In this document: positions 11,044 through 30,163 of the stretch, piece by piece
Layout of the letters: each line of letters starts with the position of its first letter
Numbering within the stretch: the first letter of the stretch is position 1
NCBI RefSeq assembly: GCF_009914755.1
Contig: NC_060926.1
Source: the human T2T-CHM13v2.0 reference genome, Homo sapiens
Direction: 5' to 3' (one strand)
DNA length: 64,000 bases
The notes under the pieces: generated by a model
Seen by the model: only the letters and a program-made list of their open reading frames with translations
Databases searched by the model: none
What the model was told of the DNA's origin: nothing
Program-made: the position numbers and the translations under genes

Positions 11044-13427
11044 GACTATGCTTACTGTTGGTGTGGTCCTGGGAAGGATGGTGGGACGAGGCCATTGGTT
11101 TGTGAAGGCTGGGCTGGAGGGATGGACGTCATTAGCTTCTGTGTGTGCTCTCACCTTCCACAGCCTTGCTCTTCAGGAGCAGGGTGGGCGGGCCTGGCTG
11201 CTTCTAGGAGGTTCCCCTGGAGGTGCCCTTGAAAGATACGTGGAGCTTCTTGATTTTGCTCTCATTGAGTTATTGGTCAGATTTGTTCTTTTCACCTTAC
11301 TGTTCACTGACAGAGCCACAGTGTTCCATCTTTGTAGTGTAGTCTCTAAATAGTATTTGCTCTCAGAACTCAAATCTCTGGGATCTCTTTTTTTTTTTTA
11401 TCTCTTATCCCATCCCAGCATACTTTCTCATTCAAATCTCTGAAGCTAATAAAAGGGTGACCTTGAGTGACAATGATGAATGCTGACAATTTGAAAATCC
11501 ACCTATCAGGGATTGCTATTGTTAGGCCTTTTTTCTTTTTAAAATTAAAGTTCAAGGTGGTTGCCACACAGCTAAAATTTTAACGCTGTGCCTTAAAGAT
11601 GAGGCTTTCTGCCTTGACCTCATTCACTAGCTCTCACTGCATATCCATGTGCTTGTAGAATCTAAGCACATAGCACTTTGGCAGCCACACAGTGGACACG
11701 TCTGCTTTTTGTTCTGCAGCATCAGCATCTGAATCCCCTATATCCTGTCTTCTGTTTCTCTTTCTTGTGCAGAAACATTCCCCTTTGCTTTCATTACCTG
11801 ACAAGGGAGAGATTTTTATCCAAGCTTTATTTTCACTTGAAGTGATGCTAGAAGAACATTGGTATTTAGAATGTTGGTATTAGAAGGGGTTTGCTTTAGA
11901 CGCACTTCGGCAAGATACATCTATTTGTATGTATCGTACATAAAAACATGTATCTTAGGAGACATATACATATAGGATAGATATACATATAGGATACATA
12001 TATTGTACAACCTAAGTCCGTTTAGTTGTAATCTGCAATGGGAAGCGCGTGTTCCGCCGTCAGCTTTTCTTTATATTGTCATCTCTCAACTCTTACACTC
12101 TTATATTATTGTGCTACTTAAAATATTTTTATTAAATTATTTTCCAGCTGTGGAAACCACACAGGAAATCCAGAAATATGGCTCATTTTAAAAAAATCAG
12201 GGAGACTCTCTCAGCTTGGAACTGTGGATGTGTATTTCCTGGATGGGTTGTCGCGTGGGGGGTCTGTGTTGTCATCTCCCCTTGTCTGCTGGACCAGCTT
12301 GACCTGCCAAACAGGAACCAGCAGAGACTTATGACTGGCAGCATGGTATTCACTTGTAAAGAATTTCTATGAAAGGTGTGATAAGATCAGCCCATGAACA
12401 ACTTTGTCATCATTTTAAGTTGGATGCACTCCATTCCCCTCCTCTTGTCTTTTGCTGTTAGGACAAAAAGACAAACCTGTAGCATTTGAAACTGTTCACT
12501 GTTGCTGTCTTGGGCAGTGCTTTCCTGAGAGGCTGGCAAGAAGGGATGTTTGGGTTGGCCTGATCTAGCTGGGGGCTGGGGTTGGGGGTGCTTTTCTGTG
12601 CCTGGAGCTAGTGGTAAATGCATGTGGAGCCCCACACTCCAGAGGCTTGATCTTGCTTTTCACCAAGAAGAAGGTGTGGCCATGAAGGAGCTTGTGGTTT
12701 TGTGTGAATGTCTGAAGATAAGGGCTGTGCTCAGTCCCACACTTGCAGTCTCTGTCATTCTCTATGAGAAATCTCAAATGTCTCTTCGTAGGATTCATAT
12801 TTTGTCTGCTTGGGTATAATCAGTCCTCTGGCATGATGGCTGGTAGCAGAGGGCAAAACCCAAACTACTGTGACAAAAGGATAATCCATATCTAAGTAAC
12901 ACACTGACCTTCAAAGGACAAGTCTCATCAGTTCTTGATAAAGTTCCTCTCAGCTGACATCACAAGGGTCGGAGGAGTGGTTGTCCTGAGATTGAGGGTG
13001 GGGGAGTGTGTGTGGGGAGGGATAGGGTGGCCAGAAGGACATCTCTCATCCTCCATCTTCTCAGTCGCCTAGTGCAGGAGCTTTAGTTGTTGATGCTTTA
13101 CGCCCTCCTTCTCCCATCCTACTGCCTCCCCAGGGTGGCTGTTGTGGAGTTAGCTGGGAAAGCTGTCATGCATAATGATGTTCCAACCTCCATGGGGTCC
13201 TTGTAAGGATTAAATCAGATGCAGGGGTGTCAAGAGCACCTGGGAGCAGGGACTCATTATGGCATTCTTCCCTTCCCTGGTGGTTGGAAATGCTAGAAAG
13301 TCTGCTTGCTGTTATTACTCTCAATATTTGTAAATTTTATAAATGTATAGATCTGTTATATGCAAAAATATGTCTTACCCTTCATCACACTTATTGTAAG
13401 ATTTTATCATTTTGAAAGCAGCTGTTA

Positions 13428-13558
13428 GGCCGGGTGCAGTGGCTGACGCCTGTAATCCGAGCACTTGGAAGGCTGAGGTGGGCATTGCTTGAGCTCAGGA
13501 GTTCAAGACCCGCCTGGGCAATATGGGGAGACCCTGTCTGAATTTAAAAAAAAAAAAA
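13428..13558 (+). mobile_element. FLAM_C monomer
   Basis: ggccgggtgcagtggct...ttgcttgagctcaggagttc...A-tail; TSD aaagc(a/t)gctg. Confidence 0.85.
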
Positions 13559-13895
13559 GCTGCTGCTGCATGGCAGTGACAGTACGATGATTCTGTCCTT
13601 GGCTTGAGCAGTTGTGTGATACGAGCAGTTGTATGAGAGATGTTTGCTTTGTATAATTAGAATTTTTTAAGGTTAATTTTTCTTATTTGCCCCAGAGCTA
13701 TTGTTTCTGTTGACATATGGTTTATAAAAATCAGTTTGACTTTGTGCTTTAAAATGTAACTACATATCCTGCTTAGTCAAATTATTTCATTGAATCCTTA
13801 AATGCTGTGTTCACAGTGTCAGGTTAACAAAAGAAAAAAATCATTAAATGGCTCTTTCTTCACTATTCTTTTTACTCTTTACTCCTCACCCCCAG

Positions 13896-14015
13896 GTGTT
13901 CTTTGACCTAATGAGAGAAATCAGAACAAAGAAGATGTCAGAAAACAAAGACAAGAATGGCAAGAAAAGCAGCAAGAACAAGAAAAGTTTTAAAGAAAGA
14001 TGTTGCTTACTATGA
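13896..14015 (+). CDS. RALB: RALB last coding exon, coding part (120 nt incl. TGA; polybasic hypervariable region and CAAX CCLL)
   Basis: Polypyrimidine tract then cccAG|GTG. Translates [43 protein letters not shown] is a geranylgeranylation signal (RALA ends CCIL). Exon phases are consistent (0-2, 2-0, 0). Confidence 0.98.
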   Translation: MFFDLMREIRTKKMSENKDKNGKKSSKNKKSFKERCCLL

Positions 14016-15470
14016 GTGTCAAGGTGACGGATGAAGCCAGCTGCTCCTAAGGACACAGGGCTGGGTTGGTAAAGAGAAGGCTATGGTTGACTTCTTGCTT
14101 GTGCTTCCCACTCTCCCCGACTTCATTCACTCAAACTTCTTTAAATGGGGAAAAATATTTGTGACTCTGTGGCTGGCAGAAGAAATAAGCCCATGCAAGT
14201 GGAAGGGCTGCTTTGTCAGGAGGTTGTGGAATTTCTTTCTTCTCCCCTTCTTCCCTCCCAAAAGCTTAGCTATGTATAAAGTGCCACAGATAGGAAACAG
14301 CTGTTAATTACAAAGAGAAAGAATTGTCATAGCATCTTATTTTGTTCCTAGTTTTATAACATTACCATCCTTCGTTTTGAACTACAGATGTTGTAGTGGG
14401 TTTTGGAGGAGGGAGTGGAGTAAGATGCCCTCCCACTTTTATCAGTTTAGTAGTAGTACTGAGAAAAATCCCTTCAGCTCTAAGAACACTGAAAAATCCA
14501 CCGATTTTTTGGGTAAGCTTCTTGGCAATACCCTGTGGATCTGAAACAGCTAAAAAAATGAATTTGAATTGCGCCAGATAGGTCAATACCAAGCTTCTGA
14601 TTCCTCCTCACATATGAAAAGTGAAAGTTGTGAGTTGTTTTCCTCTTATTTAAACATTGGCCTATTATAATCTGTGTTGGTTATTTTTCTCCTGTAAGCA
14701 TCCTGATTTTTCTGTAGGAACTTTTCTTTGGCAGACCAAGTGAAGACTCAGGAATGGTGTGCATTATAAATGACACACATTGCCACTTGTGTAGATATTT
14801 TTAAGTTCTTTGGCTAAGTCCTCTCCTAACTGCCTGTCCTCTGGTTAGGCCCCTCCCTCTCCACTAGTGGTGAATGCATGTGTCTGTCTGATCAGCATCA
14901 CTGCACACGGAGGTCTAGTGAGCCTCTTGCTAAGTGTCACACACACTCTTCCCAAAGACGTGATGAGTTAAAGTTGTATTCTGAAATCATGAAGCCAGAG
15001 CCTGTGCCAGACCTTCTGCTACCTCTCATAGAATTGCTCTGTAATTCTAAATTTAAAATTAGAAGTAGAGAGAGATAAGCCATCGCCCCTTTGCCTCTGA
15101 GAATTGGCTGCTGTTTCTAATATAATTATTTTCTAAGATAGCCAGATAGTTAGAAAAAGATTTTCATTGATGACATATCTTTAAACTTTCTTGCATCAGT
15201 ATTCTAAATTGAGCAAACTGAAAGATTTTCATCAGGAAAGGAGCACTGTGGGAAGAGCCCAGTATTCACATTTTTTCCCCATTTTTCAGAAGCGACATTT
15301 CATATATAGGTGCCAAAAGTGAATCGGGGTGCGGAGAGTGGGAACCTTTTGAATTTATGATTGTCACAGAGATGGTAGAAATTATGATCTGACTGGAAAA
15401 CAATCCTGTATCCCCTCCCAAAGAATCATGGGCTTTTTTTTTGAATAAAAAAGCAGACAAATAGACTTTC
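14016..15470 (+). other. RALB: RALB 3'UTR (~1.45 kb; 3' end approximate)
   Basis: Apparently repeat-free sequence between the stop codon and the first canonical AATAAA. Confidence 0.85.
15444..15449 (+). terminator. Polyadenylation signal AATAAA of RALB
   Basis: AATAAA with an upstream TGTA (~15407) and U-run, and a U-rich downstream element (~15477-15505). A second AATAAA lies at 15613-15618. Confidence 0.85.
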
Positions 15471-15783
15471 TCGGGATTTCAGCCTTTTTATTTTATCCTT
15501 TTGTCATACATGTGAAATGCAAGTACTGAAGGAATGGCCAGTTATTCATTATTCTTGTCAGGCGTTCTTCAATATCTGACAAACTATTTCAATTAATACT
15601 TGAGTTGAGGCAAATAAAATGGTAAGTATTAACCGTCCTTTAAACTTCATCTTTCCTCCATCTCTTCTTAAAATTTAAAAAGTTGATGGTAATGACACTC
15701 TTGAATTTTTGAAACAAGCTTTTTGTTTTCATCCTAGTTTGCCATCCATTTGATACCAGTTCTAGTCAAGAGTGGGTAAGTTT

Positions 15784-16221
<438 letters not shown>

Positions 16222-16329
16222 TTATGAGATTCTTAGCTATTGAAAAATAATGAAGCCATGCTGCTTATAGATTTGAAACACAGTCACTAAATGTTTAGAT
16301 GTTATGTCCATAGCTTAGTGCTATTTTAA

Positions 16330-16740
16330 AAAATATTTATTTTAGAATTATTTGAGCACCTACTTGGTGTCGAGCTCTATTCTAGGTGCTGGGGATGTGG
16401 TGTTGAACAAGATAGGCAAGATGTCCACTCTCCTGGAGCTTAAGCTTTAGTAAGGAAAGAGAAATGAAAACATCAGGATAACTGCTTTGATGAAAATTGG
16501 GTAATATGACAGAAAATGTCTCTAAGGTATAGAGCTGATTTAGATTGGGTGGCCAACAGGCTTCTCCGAGAGAGTGATGTGTAAACTGAGACTTGGTGAC
16601 CAGAAGCAGCCAGCGCTGTGAGGAATGGGTGGGCTGGGTGCAGGAGCTTTCCAGACTAGGAGACAGTTAGTCCCAGGATCCTGGAGTGTTCAGGAAGAAA
16701 CTAACAACCAGGATACGGCTGGAGTACAAGGGAGCAGAGC
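16330..16740 (-). mobile_element. L2 fragment
   Basis: tttgagcacctact...ctaggtgctggggat...tgaacaagata...ctcctggagctta (L2 3' end). Confidence 0.7.
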
Positions 16741-17083
16741 AGAGTATTAGAAATAGATGTAACAATCTGATTTCATCAAATAATGTGGGGAAAAGTATGT
16801 TGACATAATTTTCTGCAAGTGCCCTATTAAATCTAAGGCACCCTGATTACAAGATAACATAAACAATTTATGTACCACTAGGAACCCTACCAATTAAATG
16901 AATTCATCTTGATTCCAATGACATAAAAATGTAGGAGAAAATGTGTCTTTTAGATTAGGTCAATTTTGGCATATAATTTAAATGACAACTGAAATACAAA
17001 ACTCACCTCTGTTGGTCTATGAGCTACTTTCTAATAAAGCACCATAGAAGCTTAACAGTGTTTGAAAAGTACTAATATGTTAA

Positions 17084-19660
<2,577 letters not shown>

Positions 19661-20397
19661 TGCTTGTCCAGCCATATTCTTAGGAGGAAATAGAAAGTCG
19701 GCCAGGAGTTCCATGTACATGAGTGGGGCTTGTGAAATAGCAGGCTTGACTTTGGGGTGAATGGGTAGAAAACCAGTCATAGTGCTGGGAACCCCTAATG
19801 CCTAATCGAGGGAAGGTGTGCTCTGGGGGCCATTGGCCAGGCTGGATGCCTTGGTTCACTCCAGGCAGTTTCTTCCAAGAGAAAAGCACTGGTGATGGAC
19901 AGAGCTGCCTGCAGGGGTGGGGTGGACCGTGTCCCACACAGACCTCTACCTAGGCTCTCTAGCCACGCACCGTGGTTCTGCTGCTCCATCTGCCGGTTCA
20001 GACTGAGCCGGTCCTGTTGCCCTCATCTCAACAGATCCTTCCTTATCGAACGGCTCACGTCTGGGTTTCAGCTTCTGTAAATTTGTCAGATTCACACATC
20101 AGCTAGTGACCCTTCCATTCTCTTTGCCCTTTGGGTTTTTTAAATACTATTATTTGAAGAGAGGCTTCAGGGGAGACTAACTTTTGGGCTCAGCTTTCCA
20201 TTTTGCCCTGGTTTCATTGTCACAAATACTTAAAATTTCCTTTTTTTGCAGATCAATGTTAAATAAAGATTAGAGTGAACACATTGATTTGACTTTATGC
20301 AGGGGTCATTTTGAACTTGAGGGCCTATGGCAATCTCTGTTCTCCAGGAGTATGGACCTCAGCATTTGGGGTCAGACCTGGGTCTGGCCAGTTGTCT

Positions 20398-20692
20398 TTA
20401 TTTAATTTTTGAGACAGGGTCCTGCTTGGCCACCCACGGTGGAATGCAGTAGTGCAATCATGACTCACTGCAGTCTTGAACTCCTGGGCTCAAGCAATCC
20501 TTCCGTCTCAGTCTCCACAGTAGCTGGGAATACAGATGCACGCCACCATGCCTGGCTAATTTTTAAATGCTTTTGCAGAGATGGGGTCTTGCTATGTTGC
20601 CAGACTGGTCTTGAACTCCTGGGCTAAAGCGTTCTGCCTGCCTTGGCCTCCCAAAGCGCTGGGATTACAGGTGTGAGCCACCATGACCGGCC
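20398..20692 (-). mobile_element. AluJ
   Basis: J-type Alu body; TSD tgg(c/t)cagttgtctt. Confidence 0.88.
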
Positions 20693-21658
20693 TGGTCAGT
20701 TGTCTTCTGATACCAACTTTCAAGTGAGGGAATTGTGAGTTTTCACTAAGCCTGTGTTGATTTCACTTATATGTTTTGCTTTTACCTCTTGGTGATCAGT
20801 TTATTACCTGTGCAGGTAACAACCTGAACTGCCCGTGTGGAGTAGTACATCCTTTGTCTTATCTTTTTTGAAATGTAGCTGACTTGGGATGTTCTCTTGT
20901 TTTTATATGGTCAACAAATCTAAGTTAATTTACCTGTGCTGTTAGCGGTTTTGTAGATTTTTTGTTCTCAGGTTTGGGACGATCCTGCTTGCCAGCTGCA
21001 GTTGGTGAGTTACCTGCTCCTTGGTGATGCTGCTTTTTAAAATGCATATTGTCAGTGCAGACTTCCTGATTTCCTTTTGTAAGTTGCTACACGAGGCCCG
21101 CTTTGAGGACTTTTTAGAAAGGATGTAGTACAAGTTTTAAAACTAATTTGGGCCCTTGGGTTTAAGGCTGTTCTTCTCTATTTGAGTAGATATGAATGAA
21201 AAAAGAGACTTCCTCCAACACCCTTCCGCCCCAGCCTTTGTCTAATTCAAGTGCTAGAGCTTGTCCTGACACACCGCAGCTTGCTGTTCATTTCTACTTG
21301 TTCAGTTGTGTGCCACCAAGCTAGACGTGTTCAGTCACACTGACAGTACTGTCAGGATGATTCATTGCCACACACGTAGCTCAAGTCGGAATGGGGCCTC
21401 TGGTCGTGTCTGAGAAGCACAGAAACCTGGCTAAGCTGAGGATTCGGCCTCCCACCCAGGTTGGTGAAGGTGCTGCGGCCTGGGAGCAGGAACGGAGCCC
21501 CCAGCTGCCAGGAGTGTGAAGCTGCTTCTCCGCAGTGCAGCCTCCACAAGCCTTCTCAGGTGGCAGTGAAGAAGGACCAGATACCTAAACAGTTTTCAAG
21601 TTCCGGAATCCTTGGGAAAGTTAGTGTCCATCAACTTCACATGTTAAAACAAGCTTAC

Positions 21659-21996
<338 letters not shown>

Positions 21997-22907
21997 TTAT
22001 TTCTAGTAGTTAAAAACATCTCAAGGTGAGTGTTGCACAGGAATCAAAGGGATGAGCTGGTTAACTTCTTATGGGCTAAGTCATCAGTTACTTCTTGTGT
22101 ATTTTCAGTAGTTGCAGCTGGGAGAGTTTTCCTAAAATCTGATTTATGTGGCGAAAACACATGTATGATATTATTTTAATCCTGTGGTAAAACTCTGTGA
22201 GTCTAGACTGCCTTAATTAGCCACACATTGGTTTGAGTGAGAATCTAAGACAAGAAGATGTCCTGACCCATGAAGTTTCTTCATCCCAGCGCAGCTGGAA
22301 ACGTAGCCCCAGGCCAGGGTTTCTCAGCCTGGGGGAGGGCTGCGGCATTCTGCAGGGGCTGGCACTCAGTGAAGTGGGGGAAGTGCTGGGGACTCGATTC
22401 TGGCTGTGGAGACAGCAGTGGAGTGTGGCTTCCTTAAAGGCCCTGACTTCCTGGGTCAAGGTAACTAAGATACCTGTGTAACTTTAAGTCAGCACTTATC
22501 CATGTGCGATTGGCCAACTTATCAACTCATCTGTGCAAATTATGTTCTTTATTAGGGAAAAATTGCTTTTGGTATGTGTATGGATTTTTTTTTTCTCCTG
22601 CAGAGATTCTTGAATTGTATGGGTGTAGGAAAATACCCCTTTCTTCTTTTTGTCTTTTCATGGCTAAGTCGTATTCCTTACCTCAGGCACAGGGCAGGGG
22701 CTACATGTTCCAGAAACACACATCAGTCGCCATTGCAGCCGCTTCCACTTCTGCCAGGCTGGTTGGGGCAGAGTCACCAGGGACCTCCCCCTGCACAGTC
22801 AGTGGCCGTTTCCAGTCTTTACAGTATTGCCAGTGCTCTCGTGCCTGACTGAGCTTTCTCCTGCTTCTCCTTTCACCTCTCTCCCTGCTCGGGGTCTCAC
22901 TCCTTTA

Positions 22908-23134
<227 letters not shown>

Positions 23135-26100
23135 TCACCCTTAAGTACCGTGTAGCTGCTCTGCAGCCTTTCTGGACGCGCCGAGGACTTTCCCTGACGT
23201 GCCTCATGAGCCCCTCACAGCTCCTTCTGCGGCTTCGTGCTCCTCTCAGTCCCTGTTGTCGTGTGAGCCCCATGAGCACAGAGACCACACACTGTTCACT
23301 CTGTGTCTCCGGGCCCTCTATTGATGTGGACTCATTGCAGGATCTTGGGTGTTGGCTAAACTGAATGAGTTAGCTTAAATGTAAAATCATGTCGCCTTGA
23401 GGAAGTGCTTCAAGTTTCTCTATAAAGCAGGGGCTCTCTTTTGAGGACTGGTACCAAGAGACATAGTGAAATAAGAGCTAGAGCAGTGATCTTAGAAGTC
23501 TGACCAGGTTCTGTTTCTCTAAACCCAGATTGGAGGACTGATTGTTTTCTCAGTGAGAAAGTTTTCTGCTAAGTTGAAAGTAGACACTTGCCGTCTGCCT
23601 TGCCGCTCCCCACCCTTAAATCCGGTGGTGGTGAGCTCGCCCTCACGTTCTTTTCTGCCCTGTTTTTCTTCCGTTAAACGTTTGCTGGCCGGCATGCCTT
23701 CTCCCTGGTATCCCCCAGAACATAGTTTTCCGTTTCTACTTTTCAGCCTCCTCTTCTTCCTTCCTTGTTTTCCTGACCTCACACGCTTTGGAGATGTGGT
23801 CTGGTAGTCATGGTGGTCTTCCCACTCAGGTCTCTCCCTGTTTCTGTCCACTGTAGGAACCCCTGCCTTGGCAGCTGGCTTAAGTACTACCCAGATTGCA
23901 CTCCTGCCCGTCGCCTGCAGAAGTAAGTACAACTGATTTAGCCAGCGTTAGAGCAAACGATGGAACTGCCTCAACTGAACACACACCTAAGTGAGCCATG
24001 GCGCACCAATGCTGTGGAAATGCAGCTTTGGATAAGCCTTCTCCATCCCCCACCCCAGCTGTTCCTCCAAACCTCTCCTCTGTAGGGATTCTGGAGCGCT
24101 CTATCAGAGCCCCCAGGGACCTCACCCCATCTGGATGCCTGCCATCCCTCCACCTGCACCCTTGCCGTTCAGCACTCTCCTTCTCCCTGAGCAGTGCCTG
24201 TACTTGGCATAGAGAGGTTGCTCTGGCTGAGGAATCACACAGAGCTCTGTGAATTTCAGCTCTGCCCCATGTGGGCTTTGTGAGCCAGCAAGTCTGTAGA
24301 ACGAAGGTGGTTAGAGTGGCCTCACAGGTGATTGTAAAGATGGATGCTATGCAAAGCCCCTTCCTTTCCCCTCATCGCTCTGTGCCTCTTCTCATGCAAT
24401 TCATTCCGCCTGGACTCTTACTCTCCTCCAATTTCTGACACAGTTCTACCCATCCTTTCAGGGCCACCACCCCGCAAAGGTGCTCCTTCCTCCACACAGA
24501 TGTCCCACATCTCGAGCTCCACACTGTGCACGGCAGCCTGAACCCCTCCTGGTCATCCCTCCTGGTCACCCTATTGAACTCTTTTCAGATGTCCCCGCTC
24601 TTTTCCTAGAACCCCTGGCATGCCTTCTTTGGCTCCTCCTGGTCGTCTGCCTCCACTCTGTGCTCTGATTGCCTTCTGACCATTCTTTTGGGTAGGACTA
24701 GGGTCTGCCCCATGTGTCTATCCTTGTCGCACCTGACTCCTTCAACAGAGGGGGCTGTCAGCGTCAACTACAGGTGCTTTCACAAGAAGTTGGCTAAACC
24801 TGTGACGGAGCCTCGCGTTCCATATTCTGGCTGTCTTGCATAAAAGTCTTCTAGCAATCTTTCCATGTTATGGGCTGTGAAGAAACTTTATATTTCAAAG
24901 AGGCAAGAGACCACTCACCTGTGACTAGAAAGCAACTTTAAGAGTTGAAATTTCTTTCCAAGTCCCTTCTTGAAATGTGTGTGAAATGTACATATCTAGC
25001 TATGAGGATAAACCAGCTGAGTGTCTGCACACACAAACTGTGCAAGGAAGCTGTGTTAAGTGTGTGAAACTCACCTCCTGTGTGAACCTGAAGCAGTAAT
25101 TATTTCTGGATGAAATAATTACTTCATTGCCTTCGATATTGATTTTATAGGCTTTGTGGGTGTCTAATCCAGAGGGTGGGCTTGCTCTGCCAGCCTGTGA
25201 TCAAAGGCTCAGAGCGCTTTCCAAAGGTTTTACAGATGCTGGGTCCAGGAATCAAACTCAGGCCGAGCTTGCGGCAGAGAAGCTTGGTCCAAGTGGCACT
25301 GAGTGGGTGGTTAACGGAAGTGAGTGCCCTAGGTTGGTGAAGAGAATATGTCAGTATATTTCAGAGGCCCTGGGTTTATAAGCAAGCAGTTTATAAGCAC
25401 CTACAGGAGGTGAACTTTGACTGTTACCACGAAGGTAGTTATGAACTTTAGTTCAGGGCTAAATCAGGGAGAAAGTAATCCTATAGAACTTCTGTTTAAC
25501 AAAAGAAATTAAACTTTTTATACTCTACCTGTTCATTAGAAAAACAACTGCAGTCCTCCTTCCTCCAAAGAAAACAAGGATAATCAAATCAGAAAATGGG
25601 TATATGATGACTGATTTGATCAACTTTGAATTTACATGGTAACAAACTGCCTTTGGGAGAACTGGTATGACGGGATAAGTTAAACGTTTCCATTTAAAGA
25701 GAGTGTATGCTGATAGATACAGATCCTTTGTGTGGTTTTGGCAGTACTGGAGCCCTGGTTTTAATAGATTGTTTTTCCAAAATCTCTTACTGCAAAATCA
25801 TAGTAGTTCTTGCTGGGGTGGGTGGTTGGGGGCAGAGTCTTTTTTTTTTTTTGATGAGTTATTTAAAAAAATATGCCTTTGAAGAACTGTACAATGTGAT
25901 GTACCTATTGTCTGTATTATTTTGAATGTTCATGAGAGCTTCTTAAAGCATTTTAAGGTTGAAAATTTCATAGACTTTAAAAGATTTATAACATATATTT
26001 TATTTACTGCTATATTAGATGGGTTTATTACCAGTAATAAAGAGGTATATCTAATATTTACTCTGTGGTTCTACAGCTGTTTATTCTGTTGCGATTGCCA

Positions 26101-26589
26101 GAATTCTTGTGTATTGATAAGCGCTCTTTCTGGACAGTTGTCTGAATTACTGCACCCTTTCCCACTGAAAACACCCCTCCCAGTTCCAGTGCTTCATGGA
26201 TGAACAAAGCCAGCGAGGACCACTAGAGGTCATTCTTCTGCCTCATCAGGTCTGCAGAAGCTCCCCAGGGCACCGGAGTGTGTATCCAGAGGCTTCTCAG
26301 TGTCCACCAGGCAGTCCAGCCAACAGGAAAGCATGCGTAGTGGGTGAACGAGGCTGTCAGAGACTCTCCTGGACTCTCCTTCCCTGGAAGGAGGGTGAAC
26401 CTAGCAAGCTCCTGGGTAGGTCCATAGAGTCAGTTATGCAAACAATATTTGTCCAGTGGTTGTTTGTGGAAACTCCTGTGCCGGGTGACTGCTAACGTGG
26501 GTGATAGTAGGGCTTCAAGGATAAGTAAACATTAGCCTCGCCTTTAATTACTTTCCAAACTTCTAGTGCTGCTGGTCATTTCATGGGCA

Positions 26590-26940
26590 GGAGCATCACT
26601 TCGACCAACATCCTGCTCTGTCTCATGCTTTGGGCTAAGCACTGGGATACAAAATGAAATACACACAGCCCTGACTTCAGGAGTCTCCACATTGTTGGAG
26701 AAGATGAACATGTATGCTGATAAAAGTAATACCATGCAGTAATGCACTAGGTAGCACAACTATCATCGTGTGCAATAATGCTCTATGCTAGCAGTATGCA
26801 TTTGTGTTAGGAATAAGTAACCCAGGCTAGAAAGGGAAAGAAGGAGGGCTTCTTAGAGGAAGTGACAAGATGTCTTGAAGGGTGGGAAAGTAGAGAGGAA
26901 GACAAAGAAAGGAGGAAGTTTGTTCAAGACAAGAGGAGAC
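26590..26940 (-). mobile_element. L2 fragment
   Basis: ctaagcactgggatacaaaatga...cagccctgacttcaggag...gggcttcttagaggaagtgac. Confidence 0.6.
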
Positions 26941-27283
26941 TATGAGCAAAATAGAAGCAGCGAAGCAGCCAGCTGTGTGTGGGGAGACACACCATCCTGA
27001 TGGGAAGATGGGGAGGCCAGATGGCGGCAGGCTCTGGGAAGTCCCATGTGAAGGGGGACCCAACTCTCTTTTGAAGTGCCTTTGGGGAGTGGCTTGTAGT
27101 GGACCACACTGGAGCACAAACACATCCAAGCAACCTCTGGTCACACCCGTCCTCCACCTGCTGCCACCTGCAGACTTCATCTTTAAGGGAAGACTCAGAG
27201 CTGGCAGGCCAGGTTGTAAGGATTGTTTGTAACGGTCAGGGGCAGCCTGTGGAAAAAACGTAGGCTTTAAAAAGAGCAGCCTG

Positions 27284-27629
<346 letters not shown>

Positions 27630-27805
27630 CTATGCCCATTTATGAGTTCCTCAATCTCTCTGAGCATCATTTTCTCATAGTTTTTCTTAAGTGGGGATGA
27701 TGCCATTTTACTTTTTTGTCCTTGGAAAGATGTAATGAGTGTGTATATACATTTATATACAAGATTTAACTTATGGTAGATGCTGAGTAAAACAGTACAT
27801 GATGA

Positions 27806-28240
<435 letters not shown>

Positions 28241-28607
28241 TCACAGTGACTTCCATGTTTCCCTGGCAGGTGATTGGAAGGTTCATGGTATGGTGTCTGA
28301 CACAGAGGCCGCAGGGAGATGAGCAGATTTCTGGAGAAGGAGGGAGTGAATCGTGAGAGGGTGCATGTGAGAGCCAGCCCTGTGTAGGACTGGAATGTCG
28401 AGCAGGATGCTTCAGGGCTCTGCTGAACAGGCTGTCCTCCTGCCCCGACAGGGCCAGGCTCCCGGGGCTCCCTTCCCTGCCAGCAGCTCCTCTGGGACTC
28501 AGCACCTCCTCCTGCATTTGCCACGTCTGCTCTGCTGCTGTGACTGCTGACTGATTCTCTGTATATGTCAAGTGCCATCTCTGACATCGGACACCCTTGT
28601 TTGGTTG

Positions 28608-29450
<843 letters not shown>

Positions 29451-29868
29451 GGCTAGTCACCCTCCCATGCAAAGCAGACCCCGAACGCCAGGGTGGCTTC
29501 TTTTGGGTCAGGACTCAGTTCTGGGGCTGGGCTGCTGTGGCTAGAAGGGGGTTAGTTTGCCCAGCCTGGAGCATGGCAGCCTCTTCGTGCTACCTGCCTC
29601 TGGGCACCTGTGCCAAGGGGTCCCTGGCATTGCAGGCCCAGGGCATCATGTCCTGTTCTTTGGGACCCAGGGGCGAGGGGAATTTGCTTGAGTTCACACC
29701 GCAGTAAACATTGTACTGGTAAAAACCTGTACGCTACTCATGAGATTCACTTTTTCTAGGTAAGCGGGTGGTTTGGGTAGTCTAAAGATTGACACTGGCA
29801 TTCTTTGGATGCTGTCTCAGCTTTTCTCATGTTCCATCTCCTCAGAATGGGTAGTAACACATTTATTG

Positions 29869-30163
29869 ATTTTTTTTTTTTTGAAATGGAGTTTCGCTCT
29901 TGTTGCCCGGGCTGGAGTGCAATGGCGCAACTCGGCCCACCACAACCTCCGCCTCCTGGGTTCAAGCGATTCTCCTGCCTCAGTCTCTCAGGTAGCTGGG
30001 ATTACAGGCGTGCACCACCACACCCAGGTAATTTTGTATTTTTAGTAGAGATGGGGTTTCTCCATGTTGGTCAGGATGGTCTCAAACTCCTGACCTCAGG
30101 TGATCCGCCCGCCTCGGCCTCCCAAAGTGCTGGGATTACAGACGTGAGCCACCGCGCCCGGCT
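29869..30163 (-). mobile_element. AluSp-like element
   Basis: gtttcgctcttgttgccc and tttctccatgttggtcagg. Confidence 0.9.

Noticed and set aside
10751-11353. 200-aa ORF and the many similar LQPLPPGFK / [10 protein letters not shown] ORFs
   Set aside because: These are translations of Alu sequence.
13606-13633. Short direct repeat gagcagttgt x2 (also ggattaggga x2 at ~2597)
   Set aside because: These are two-copy micro-duplications that are common by slippage, with no array structure.
6629-14015. RALA or a processed RAL pseudogene
   Set aside because: Introns with GT-AG ends are present, the frame is intact, and the residues are RALB-specific ([23 protein letters not shown]).
16760-16970. 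Possible Kanga/MER104-type DNA transposon remnant
   Set aside because: The resemblance is too degenerate to support by eye; it needs a Dfam search.
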